Positions 41,584-49,844 of a DNA stretch of 64,000 nucleotides are shown here, piece after piece. Both the position numbers and the translations under genes were made by a program. The DNA is taken from the NCBI RefSeq assembly GCF_000009045.1, contig NC_000964.3:434001-498000 (forward strand), read 5' to 3'. Each line of letters starts with the position of its first letter. The stretch's first letter is position 1. The notes beneath the pieces are model-generated. The model was not told the origin of the DNA and did not search any database. It saw only the letters and a program-made list of their open reading frames with translations. The DNA is from Bacillus subtilis subsp. subtilis str. 168 (GTDB taxonomy: Bacteria; Bacillota; Bacilli; Bacillales; Bacillaceae).

Positions 41584-41874
41584 TTATTTATAGTTCCTTA
41601 ATCCGCGGTCGTACAAAAAATTTCCGAATGGGACGAAAGCGGCGATGAAGCCGGCAGCTGACCATTTCAGCGGCCATTTGACAGAGAAGGTTGCATAAGC
41701 CAAGACAAGCAAATACAAAATGAACAACCCGCCGTGAACCGAACCGACAATTGTCACCGCAAGCGGAAGGCCTGCCCAATATTTAAGCGGCATAGCGATG
41801 AACAACAGGATTAAGAGTGACATTCCTTCAATAAAACCCATCGTGCGAAGTCTTCCGATCGGCGTGTGCAGCAT
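41584..41874 (-). CDS. ydzA: DUF3817-type small membrane protein
   Basis: EGMSLLILLFIAMPLKY, GSVHG, FVPFG; ATG 41874 after AAGGAGG. Confidence 0.85.
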   Translation of the reverse strand: MLHTPIGRLRTMGFIEGMSLLILLFIAMPLKYWAGLPLAVTIVGSVHGGLFILYLLVLAYATFSVKWPLKWSAAGFIAAFVPFGNFLYDRGLRNYK

Positions 41875-41998
41875 AAATCGCCCTCCTTGTGGACACGTTT
41901 TCATTTTATACTATAAACAATCCGGGGGGGCATATGACAGCTTTCAAAAAATGTTCGGAAAACATTCATTTTTACATGCCTTTTCTAGGGAACTGTAC

Positions 41999-42027
41999 TT
42001 GTCATTTACAAAAATACCCGAGATAAT
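41999..42027 (+). promoter_or_regulatory. SigA promoter of lrpC(-topB)
   Basis: TTGTCA-N17-GATAAT within an A/T-tract-rich region. Confidence 0.6.
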
Positions 42028-42058
42028 GTGTACAAAATCAAAAAAGAAGGATGTTGAA

Positions 42059-42493
42059 ATGAAACTTGACCAGATTGATCTGAATATCATTGAGGAGCTG
42101 AAGAAGGACAGCCGTTTGTCGATGAGGGAATTAGGCAGAAAAATTAAGCTGTCGCCTCCATCTGTAACAGAACGGGTAAGACAGCTTGAATCGTTTGGCA
42201 TCATCAAGCAATACACGCTGGAGGTCGACCAGAAAAAACTGGGGCTTCCCGTTTCCTGCATTGTGGAAGCAACCGTTAAAAACGCGGATTATGAGCGGTT
42301 CAAAAGCTATATTCAAACATTGCCGAATATTGAATTTTGCTACCGGATTGCGGGTGCAGCCTGCTATATGCTGAAAATCAATGCCGAAAGCCTCGAAGCG
42401 GTAGAAGATTTCATTAACAAAACATCGCCCTACGCGCAAACCGTCACTCACGTCATTTTCTCAGAAATTGACACGAAAAACGGGCGCGGTTAG
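42059..42493 (+). CDS. lrpC: Lrp/AsnC-family DNA-architecture regulator
   Basis: LDQIDLNIIEELKKDSRLSMRELGRKIKLSPPSVTERV; start trimmed to ATG 42059 (144 aa). Confidence 0.94.
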   Translation: MKLDQIDLNIIEELKKDSRLSMRELGRKIKLSPPSVTERVRQLESFGIIKQYTLEVDQKKLGLPVSCIVEATVKNADYERFKSYIQTLPNIEFCYRIAGAACYMLKINAESLEAVEDFINKTSPYAQTVTHVIFSEIDTKNGRG

Positions 42494-42557
42494 AGAGTGC
42501 CGCGCGAAGTCTGTTATAATAACAGGATGAGCGTGAAAGAAAGAGAAGTGATCAAGC

Positions 42558-44741
42558 ATGTCAAAAACAGTTGTATTAGCTGAAAAACCTTCAGTCGGCC
42601 GGGATTTAGCCCGGGTACTGAAGTGCCATAAAAAAGGAAACGGTTATCTCGAAGGCGATCAATATATTGTGACTTGGGCTTTAGGCCATTTGGTGACGCT
42701 TGCTGATCCGGAAGGCTACGGAAAAGAATTTCAATCATGGCGCCTAGAGGATCTGCCGATTATCCCAGAACCCTTGAAGCTTGTGGTGATAAAAAAAACC
42801 GGAAAGCAGTTCAATGCAGTCAAATCCCAGCTTACCCGTAAAGACGTCAATCAGATTGTCATCGCGACTGACGCAGGCCGGGAAGGTGAGCTTGTTGCGC
42901 GCTGGATCATTGAGAAAGCGAATGTCCGAAAACCAATCAAGCGGCTGTGGATTTCATCTGTGACGGATAAAGCGATCAAGGAAGGTTTTCAAAAGCTGCG
43001 CAGCGGCAAAGAATATGAAAACCTGTACCATTCTGCCGTCGCCAGAGCGGAAGCGGATTGGATTGTGGGGATCAACGCCACCCGTGCACTTACCACAAAA
43101 TTCAATGCCCAGCTCTCATGCGGGCGTGTGCAGACTCCGACGCTTGCCATGATTGCAAAGCGCGAGGCAGACATTCAGGCGTTTACGCCCGTTCCGTATT
43201 ACGGCATACGTGCTGCAGTCGACGGCATGACGCTGACGTGGCAGGATAAGAAATCAAAGCAGACGAGAACGTTCAATCAAGATGTAACAAGCCGTTTGCT
43301 AAAAAATCTCCAAGGAAAGCAAGCGGTCGTAGCTGAGCTGAAAAAAACAGCGAAAAAAAGCTTTGCGCCTGCGCTTTATGATTTAACGGAGCTCCAGCGT
43401 GACGCCCACAAGCGCTTCGGTTTTTCTGCCAAAGAAACGCTTTCTGTCCTGCAGAAGCTATATGAGCAGCATAAGCTCGTCACATATCCGCGGACGGACT
43501 CTAGATTTTTATCCAGTGACATCGTCCCGACGTTAAAAGACCGTCTGGAAGGCATGGAAGTAAAACCGTATGCCCAATATGTCAGCCAAATTAAAAAACG
43601 CGGCATTAAATCTCATAAAGGATATGTCAATGACGCGAAGGTGTCAGACCACCACGCGATTATCCCGACCGAAGAGCCGCTCGTTCTCAGCAGTCTGAGT
43701 GATAAAGAACGAAAGCTGTATGACCTGATTGCGAAACGTTTCCTGGCTGTATTAATGCCTGCATTCGAATATGAGGAAACAAAGGTCATCGCAGAAATCG
43801 GCGGAGAAACCTTTACGGCGAAAGGCAAAACCGTGCAGTCGCAAGGGTGGAAAGCCGTTTATGATATGGCGGAAGAGGATGATGAGCAGGAGGATGACAG
43901 AGATCAGACACTTCCTGCGCTTCAAAAAGGCGACACACTTGCCGTCCGCACGTTAACGGAAACAAGCGGCCAAACGAAGCCGCCTGCCCGCTTTAATGAA
44001 GGGACCTTGCTGTCAGCGATGGAAAACCCAAGCGCGTTTATGCAGGGAGAAGAAAAAGGCCTCGTCAAAACGCTTGGAGAAACAGGCGGCCTCGGCACGG
44101 TGGCAACGCGTGCCGACATTATTGAAAAACTGTTCAACAGCTTTTTAATCGAGAAAAAAGGCCAAGATATTTTTATCACATCTAAAGGAAAACAGCTCCT
44201 GCAGCTTGTTCCGGAGGATCTGAAATCACCGGCCTTAACAGCAGAATGGGAGCAAAAGCTGTCTGCGATCGCGGCCGGCAAATTGAAATCGGCTGTTTTT
44301 ATTAAAGATATGAAGGCTTACGCTCACCAAACGGTAAAAGAAATCAAAAACAGCAGCCAAACCTTCCGACATGACAACATTACGGGAACGGCATGTCCGG
44401 AATGCGGCAAAATGATGCTGAAAGTAAACGGCAAACGCGGGACGATGCTCGTGTGCCAAGATCGTGAATGCGGAAGCAGAAAAACGATTGCCCGAAAAAC
44501 AAACGCACGCTGCCCAAATTGCCATAAAAGAATGGAGCTTCGCGGCCAAGGCGAGGGCCAAACCTTTGCGTGTGTGTGCGGTCACCGTGAAAAGCTCTCT
44601 GTATTTGAAAAACGAAAAAACAAAGACAAAGCGCGTGCTACCAAACGGGACGTATCCTCTTATATGAAAAAACAAAATAAAGATGAGCCGATTAACAACG
44701 CGCTGGCAGAACAGCTGAAAAAACTCGGTTTGGATAAATAA
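42558..44741 (+). CDS. topB: DNA topoisomerase III
   Basis: AEKPSVG, DAGREGE TOPRIM, GRVQTPT, TYPRTD catalytic Tyr, C-terminal zinc ribbons. Confidence 0.96.
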   Translation: MSKTVVLAEKPSVGRDLARVLKCHKKGNGYLEGDQYIVTWALGHLVTLADPEGYGKEFQSWRLEDLPIIPEPLKLVVIKKTGKQFNAVKSQLTRKDVNQIVIATDAGREGELVARWIIEKANVRKPIKRLWISSVTDKAIKEGFQKLRSGKEYENLYHSAVARAEADWIVGINATRALTTKFNAQLSCGRVQTPTLAMIAKREADIQAFTPVPYYGIRAAVDGMTLTWQDKKSKQTRTFNQDVTSRLLKNLQGKQAVVAELKKTAKKSFAPALYDLTELQRDAHKRFGFSAKETLSVLQKLYEQHKLVTYPRTDSRFLSSDIVPTLKDRLEGMEVKPYAQYVSQIKKRGIKSHKGYVNDAKVSDHHAIIPTEEPLVLSSLSDKERKLYDLIAKRFLAVLMPAFEYEETKVIAEIGGETFTAKGKTVQSQGWKAVYDMAEEDDEQEDDRDQTLPALQKGDTLAVRTLTETSGQTKPPARFNEGTLLSAMENPSAFMQGEEKGLVKTLGETGGLGTVATRADIIEKLFNSFLIEKKGQDIFITSKGKQLLQLVPEDLKSPALTAEWEQKLSAIAAGKLKSAVFIKDMKAYAHQTVKEIKNSSQTFRHDNITGTACPECGKMMLKVNGKRGTMLVCQDRECGSRKTIARKTNARCPNCHKRMELRGQGEGQTFACVCGHREKLSVFEKRKNKDKARATKRDVSSYMKKQNKDEPINNALAEQLKKLGLDK

Positions 44742-44742
44742 T

Positions 44743-44774
44743 AAAAAAACCTGTGCCTATCGCACAGGTTTTTT
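44743..44774 (+). terminator. Intrinsic terminator of topB
   Basis: AAAAAAACCTGTGC-CTATC-GCACAGGTTTTTT. Confidence 0.9.
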
Positions 44775-44790
44775 ATTGGACTTAGGTCCT

Positions 44791-44816
44791 GTTTTCTTAA
44801 TGTTCAAAAAGGGAAA
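44791..44816 (+). promoter_or_regulatory. SigB promoter of ydaJKLMN
   Basis: GTTTTC-N14-GGGAAA. Confidence 0.7.
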
Positions 44817-44863
44817 AAAAAGCTAGCAATCTGCATTTTTTTTCTTTTATAGTAAATGTACTT

Positions 44864-44891
44864 TGTAACATGGCAGTCATATTTTCGTCTA
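44864..44891 (+). promoter_or_regulatory. Candidate ECF (SigM/SigX/SigW-type) promoter of ydaJKLMN
   Basis: TGTAAC-N16-CGTCTA. Confidence 0.5.
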
Positions 44892-44943
44892 TAACTATTT
44901 GTGAGCGTCTGATTTGCTTCAGGCGACAAAGGGGGATTTGCCT

Positions 44944-46032
44944 GTGAGGCATGTACTAATTGCTGTCATCTTATTCTTCTTATCTATCGGACTTTCCGCA
45001 GGGTGTGCTGAAGCTGGAAACAAGACCCAAAATCAGTCGGCGACAGAAGTGAATGCCAGCCCGCTCCAGCCGGCGGAATATTTCATCTATCACAATTTAA
45101 TGAATGACAAAGGGCTGATCAAAACCGATTTTTCAGACCAGCCTTCTTACTTGTCGGAATCTCTCGGACTGTGGATGGAGTTTCTGCTCAGCAAAAATGA
45201 CGCACCACATTTCCAGGATCAATATCAGCATCTGACTGATTCATTTCTGATGAGCAATCACTTGGTGACGTGGAAGATTCAAAATGGCCAAGCGAGCGGG
45301 ACGAATGCGCTGATAGATGATATGAGAATTATGCTGTCTCTTGACCAAGCCGCCGCAAAATGGGGCCGCAGCGACTACGCGCAAACGGCTAGGGATATCG
45401 GCACGTCTTTGAAGACATACAATATGAACAACGGGTTTTTTACAGACTTTTACGACTCACAGGCCGCTTCAAAGGATGTGACGCTTTCATACGTCATGCC
45501 TGATGCCTTAGCTGTCTTAAAGAAGAATGGAATCATAGACGAAGAAACAGAACAGCGGAATGCCAATGTTCTCTATTCAGCTCCTTTAAAAAATGGCTTT
45601 CTGCCGAAGACATACAGCTCGGAGACGAAGGAATACACATATGATAGTGAAATCAACCTGATTGATCAGCTTTACGCTGCTTGGCATTTGCCGGAAGGGG
45701 ATGAAAAAGCATCTGTTTTAGCGGACTGGATCAAGCAGGAATTTCAGAAAAACGGAAAGCTGTACGGGCGGTATTCGGCATATACGAAGGAGCCTGCCGT
45801 CCAATATGAGTCTCCATCCGTATATGCCTTAGCCGTATTGTTTTTGACAAAACAGCATGAAAACAGTTCTGTCATCAAAGCCATATATGATAGAATGAAT
45901 GACTTTGAAATTCATGATCCGGTGAAATCGTATTATGGAGGCTATATGAGCGGCACTCAGACGCATTCATTTGACAATCTGCTGCCGCTGTTAGCCGAAA
46001 GGAAGCTTTTTAATGAAAATATCATTCAGTGA
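44944..46032 (+). CDS. ydaJ: GH8-like glycoside hydrolase lipoprotein, EPS modification
   Basis: Lipobox LSAGC, LSESLGLWM, NALIDDMRI; GTG 44944 after AAAGGGGG. Confidence 0.87.
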   Translation: MRHVLIAVILFFLSIGLSAGCAEAGNKTQNQSATEVNASPLQPAEYFIYHNLMNDKGLIKTDFSDQPSYLSESLGLWMEFLLSKNDAPHFQDQYQHLTDSFLMSNHLVTWKIQNGQASGTNALIDDMRIMLSLDQAAAKWGRSDYAQTARDIGTSLKTYNMNNGFFTDFYDSQAASKDVTLSYVMPDALAVLKKNGIIDEETEQRNANVLYSAPLKNGFLPKTYSSETKEYTYDSEINLIDQLYAAWHLPEGDEKASVLADWIKQEFQKNGKLYGRYSAYTKEPAVQYESPSVYALAVLFLTKQHENSSVIKAIYDRMNDFEIHDPVKSYYGGYMSGTQTHSFDNLLPLLAERKLFNENIIQ

Positions 46033-46864
46033 ATCACAAAAATTATTTGCTTATTTTTCAGGGCTCATCGCGGCCCTGTCTTTGTTTATTTATTATGTGT
46101 CAGCCCAGCAATCAGAAGGTGCTCTGATCCTTTGCATCACATTTGGCGTCATCGCCGCAGGCATCTGGTTCGGCCCGATTTACGCGCTGGCAGTGACCTT
46201 AATCGTACTCTTTGTTCTCGGCACCTTAATGATGTTTTTCCAGACTGGACAGACATCGCTCTTTCCGGCTGAGGAAGGGCTGCGAATGCTTGTCGTGTGG
46301 GGAATCGCGCTTTTGCTGTTTTCTTTTATTTCTGGAAGAATCCACGATATTACAGCAGAGCTTCGGCGCTCAATGACACGGCTTCAATCCGAAATTAAAA
46401 GCTATGTTGCTGTTGACAGAGTGACTGGTTTTGATAACAAGCAAAGGATGAAGCTGGAACTTTCAGAAGAAATCAAGCGGGCGGAGCGCTACGGCAATTC
46501 TTTTGTGTTTTTGCTGCTCCATATGCATTATTTCAAAGAGTTTAAGTCTTTGTACGGTGAAAAAGAAACGGACCGCCTCTTCCAATATGTCGGTCAGCAA
46601 ATCAGGACAAGCGTTCGGGAAACGGATAAGAAATTCCGTCCCTCTGACGAGCGTATCGGGATCGTGCTGACGCACACGCCTGCTGAACATATGCCGGCCG
46701 TTCTGACTAAGCTGAAGAAACAATTGGATACATATCAGCTGGAAAATGGAAAGTATGTGTCGCTTACGTTCCACGTTTGCTATTTGCCCTACCGCAACGA
46801 TATCCAAACAGCTGATCAATTTTTAGAAGAACTGGAAAACGAGATGATGATGAATGAACTATAA
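46013..46864 (+). CDS. ydaK: Membrane c-di-GMP receptor with degenerate GGDEF domain
   Basis: 4 TM then VDRVTG, I-site RETD, SDERI in place of GGDEF. Confidence 0.92.
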   Translation: MKISFSESQKLFAYFSGLIAALSLFIYYVSAQQSEGALILCITFGVIAAGIWFGPIYALAVTLIVLFVLGTLMMFFQTGQTSLFPAEEGLRMLVVWGIALLLFSFISGRIHDITAELRRSMTRLQSEIKSYVAVDRVTGFDNKQRMKLELSEEIKRAERYGNSFVFLLLHMHYFKEFKSLYGEKETDRLFQYVGQQIRTSVRETDKKFRPSDERIGIVLTHTPAEHMPAVLTKLKKQLDTYQLENGKYVSLTFHVCYLPYRNDIQTADQFLEELENEMMMNEL

Positions 46865-48584
46865 AGGAATCACATTGCTATGCGTCATGATGCTTCTATT
46901 TTCAGCTATTGCGTCTTTTCCCGTTTCTGCGCAAGCGAAAGATCAGGATGCCGGCATTCTCATCATCTACTCAACCTTGGACGGCAAAGAGTCGTCACAA
47001 GTCAAAATGCTCGATTTGCTTGCGGGCCACTTTACATCCCATGTGACAGTCAAAAAAGATTCAGACGTTGAAGCGTCGGATTTCAAAGGGAAAGACCATG
47101 TGATTTATTACGGCCAAACGAAAAGAAAGCTCAGCCAAAAATTGCTGTCTCTTATCAGCGGCGTGAAAAAACCGGTTGTCGCCATTGGCTATAACGCAGG
47201 CCAAATCAGCCAATTTTCTGGGCTTTCATTAGCCCGCAAAGAAAATGTGTTTCAGGTTCACAGCAGGTCAGAAAAGGCCGATGTGTCTCTGGAAAGCGGG
47301 CTTAACGTGCTGAGTGTATCAGGCCTGAAAGGAACGGCGCTTTACACCTTCAAAGCGGATGAAGGCACAACGCATTCTTTTATATGGAAAACAAAAAAAG
47401 GGAATGTGTACATTGGATTAACAAATTTGTTAAATGACAATTTGATCGTGGCGAAACAGCTCAGAGAAGCTTTCGGAGAGAAGGCGGGGACGACGTTATT
47501 GTATTTGCGTCTCGAGGATATCAGCCCGATGTCTGATGAAAAACTGCTGCTTCAAGCCGGTACATACCTGCATAAGCGGCATATTCCTTTTATCCTGGCG
47601 GTCATTCCGGTTTACTTGAATCCGGAAACAGGCGACAAAGTGTATTTGTCTAATCAACCGAAGATGGTCAAGGTGCTGAAGAAGCTGCAAAGCATGGGCG
47701 GCAGTATCATAGTTCACGGCTATACTCACGCTTATCGCTACAGTGAAACAGGAGAGGGATTTGAATTTTGGGATGCAAAGGCGGATCAGCCGATTACATC
47801 CGGAAATGCCGAAGACCCCCCGTCCATTTTGGAGAAAGAACAGGACTTCCCGAACGAACAAGCCTATCACAGCTATCTTGAACCATTTCGGGAAAAGGAA
47901 GAAACGTATACAAAACAAAAACTGACGCGTGCCATTGAGGATTTGACATCATCGGGTCTTTACCCGCTGGCGTTTGAAGCGCCGCATTACACGATGTCCG
48001 AATATGGCTATCAAATCGCCTCGCAGTATTTTACAAGCATTTTCGGCCAGGTCCAGCTCAGCAGCACAACATGGAAAACATCCGGTGCACCTCCGTTTGT
48101 GACTGCTCCTTCGATGCTGCACGGAATGACGCTTTATCCGGAAACGATCGGCTTTGTCGACACATCGAAGCAAAACCCGCTCGGTGAGATGGAGGAGCAT
48201 ATCTCCCAGATGATTGATTTTGAAGGCGGAGTAGCCGGAGGATTTTATCACCCGTACCTTGGGATGAAATATCTGCCTGAGCTGGTTGATCAGATGGAAC
48301 GCATTCCAGACAGTGAATGGCTTGATTTAAAGAAAACGAAACAAACCGTCAAAACAGACAAAGTGGAAATTCATACAAGCGGTGACGGAACGATTCAGGT
48401 GAAAAACGGCGTAAGCCCCATTTACGAGTTTTTCGATCATCACCGGCAAACCCCTCTGGAAAAGGCGTTATGGATTCTCTCCGCTGTTGTGCTCTTATTT
48501 GTCATCATGTTTGTCAGTTATACGTTTTACTTGAGAGCCACATTGAAAAAACGAATTTTTAAGGAGAGAAGAAGCCTTGGGTAA
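46854..48584 (+). CDS. ydaL: DUF2334 polysaccharide-deacetylase-like protein
   Basis: Signal peptide, LRLEDISP, VHGYTH, FEAPHY, C-terminal TM. Confidence 0.85.
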   Translation: MNYKGITLLCVMMLLFSAIASFPVSAQAKDQDAGILIIYSTLDGKESSQVKMLDLLAGHFTSHVTVKKDSDVEASDFKGKDHVIYYGQTKRKLSQKLLSLISGVKKPVVAIGYNAGQISQFSGLSLARKENVFQVHSRSEKADVSLESGLNVLSVSGLKGTALYTFKADEGTTHSFIWKTKKGNVYIGLTNLLNDNLIVAKQLREAFGEKAGTTLLYLRLEDISPMSDEKLLLQAGTYLHKRHIPFILAVIPVYLNPETGDKVYLSNQPKMVKVLKKLQSMGGSIIVHGYTHAYRYSETGEGFEFWDAKADQPITSGNAEDPPSILEKEQDFPNEQAYHSYLEPFREKEETYTKQKLTRAIEDLTSSGLYPLAFEAPHYTMSEYGYQIASQYFTSIFGQVQLSSTTWKTSGAPPFVTAPSMLHGMTLYPETIGFVDTSKQNPLGEMEEHISQMIDFEGGVAGGFYHPYLGMKYLPELVDQMERIPDSEWLDLKKTKQTVKTDKVEIHTSGDGTIQVKNGVSPIYEFFDHHRQTPLEKALWILSAVVLLFVIMFVSYTFYLRATLKKRIFKERRSLG

Positions 48585-49839
48585 TACGCTGTTCTTTATC
48601 TCGCTAAGTTTAATATGGGTTATGCTTCTCTACCACATGTTCCTCATGCAGGGCGGGTTTCGCCACTATATGACCTTCGAACGGAATATCCCGAAGTGGA
48701 GAGAAAATATGAAGGAACTGCCGAAGGTCAGCGTCCTCATCCCGGCGCATAACGAAGAGGTTGTGATTCGGCAGACGCTGAAGGCCATGGTCAACCTTTA
48801 TTATCCGAAGGACCGGCTGGAGATTATCGTCGTTAATGATAATTCATCAGACCGGACGGGTGATATCGTCAATGAATTTTCCGAGAAATACGATTTCATC
48901 AAAATGGTGATTACGAAGCCGCCAAATGCAGGAAAAGGAAAATCCTCTGCACTTAACTCGGGTTTTGCCGAATCGAACGGCGATGTGATCTGTGTGTATG
49001 ACGCCGACAACACGCCTGAGAAAATGGCCGTGTATTACCTCGTGCTCGGCCTGATGAATGACGAAAAGGCAGGCGCCGTGGTAGGGAAATTCCGCGTCAT
49101 CAATGCGGCAAAGACGCTGCTGACGAGGTTTATTAATATCGAAACGATCTGTTTTCAGTGGATGGCCCAGGGAGGCAGATGGAAGTGGTTCAAAATCGCC
49201 ACGATCCCAGGCACCAACTTCGCGATCCGCAGAAGCATTATCGAAAAGCTCGGAGGCTGGGATGACAAAGCGCTCGCTGAGGATACTGAGCTGACCATCC
49301 GGGTATATAATCTCGGCTATCACATCCGCTTTTTCCCTGCCGCCATCACGTGGGAGCAGGAACCGGAAACATGGAAGGTATGGTGGCGCCAGCGCACCCG
49401 ATGGGCGCGCGGCAATCAATATGTCGTGCTCAAATTTTTGGCGCAGTTTTTTAAGCTGAAACGAAAACGGATTATCTTTGATTTGTTTTATTTTTTCTTT
49501 ACGTACTTCCTGTTTTTCTTTGGCGTGATCATGTCAAATGCGATTTTTGTAGTGAATTTGTTTTATGATTTGCATTTGTCTGTTGGATTTTTGGCAATGA
49601 TTCTCTGGATTTTGGCGTTTTTCTTATTTATGACAGAGGTCATGATTACGTTGAGCATTGAAAAAACAGAAATGAACAAGCAAAACTTTTTTATCGTATT
49701 TCTCATGTACTTCACATACTCGCAGGCATGGATTGTGCTTGTTATCTACTCTTTATTCGTAGAAATCAAGCACCGTTTATTCAAGCAAGAGGTCAAATGG
49801 TACAAGACAGAACGATACAATCAACATAAAAGCGGGTGA
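48577..49839 (+). CDS. ydaM: Processive GT2 glycosyltransferase (cellulose/PNAG-synthase-like)
   Basis: IPAHNEE, YDAD, AEDTEL, QRTRW (D,D,D,QxxRW); TTG start. Confidence 0.92.
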   Translation: MGNTLFFISLSLIWVMLLYHMFLMQGGFRHYMTFERNIPKWRENMKELPKVSVLIPAHNEEVVIRQTLKAMVNLYYPKDRLEIIVVNDNSSDRTGDIVNEFSEKYDFIKMVITKPPNAGKGKSSALNSGFAESNGDVICVYDADNTPEKMAVYYLVLGLMNDEKAGAVVGKFRVINAAKTLLTRFINIETICFQWMAQGGRWKWFKIATIPGTNFAIRRSIIEKLGGWDDKALAEDTELTIRVYNLGYHIRFFPAAITWEQEPETWKVWWRQRTRWARGNQYVVLKFLAQFFKLKRKRIIFDLFYFFFTYFLFFFGVIMSNAIFVVNLFYDLHLSVGFLAMILWILAFFLFMTEVMITLSIEKTEMNKQNFFIVFLMYFTYSQAWIVLVIYSLFVEIKHRLFKQEVKWYKTERYNQHKSG

Positions 49840-49844
49840 CCTTT

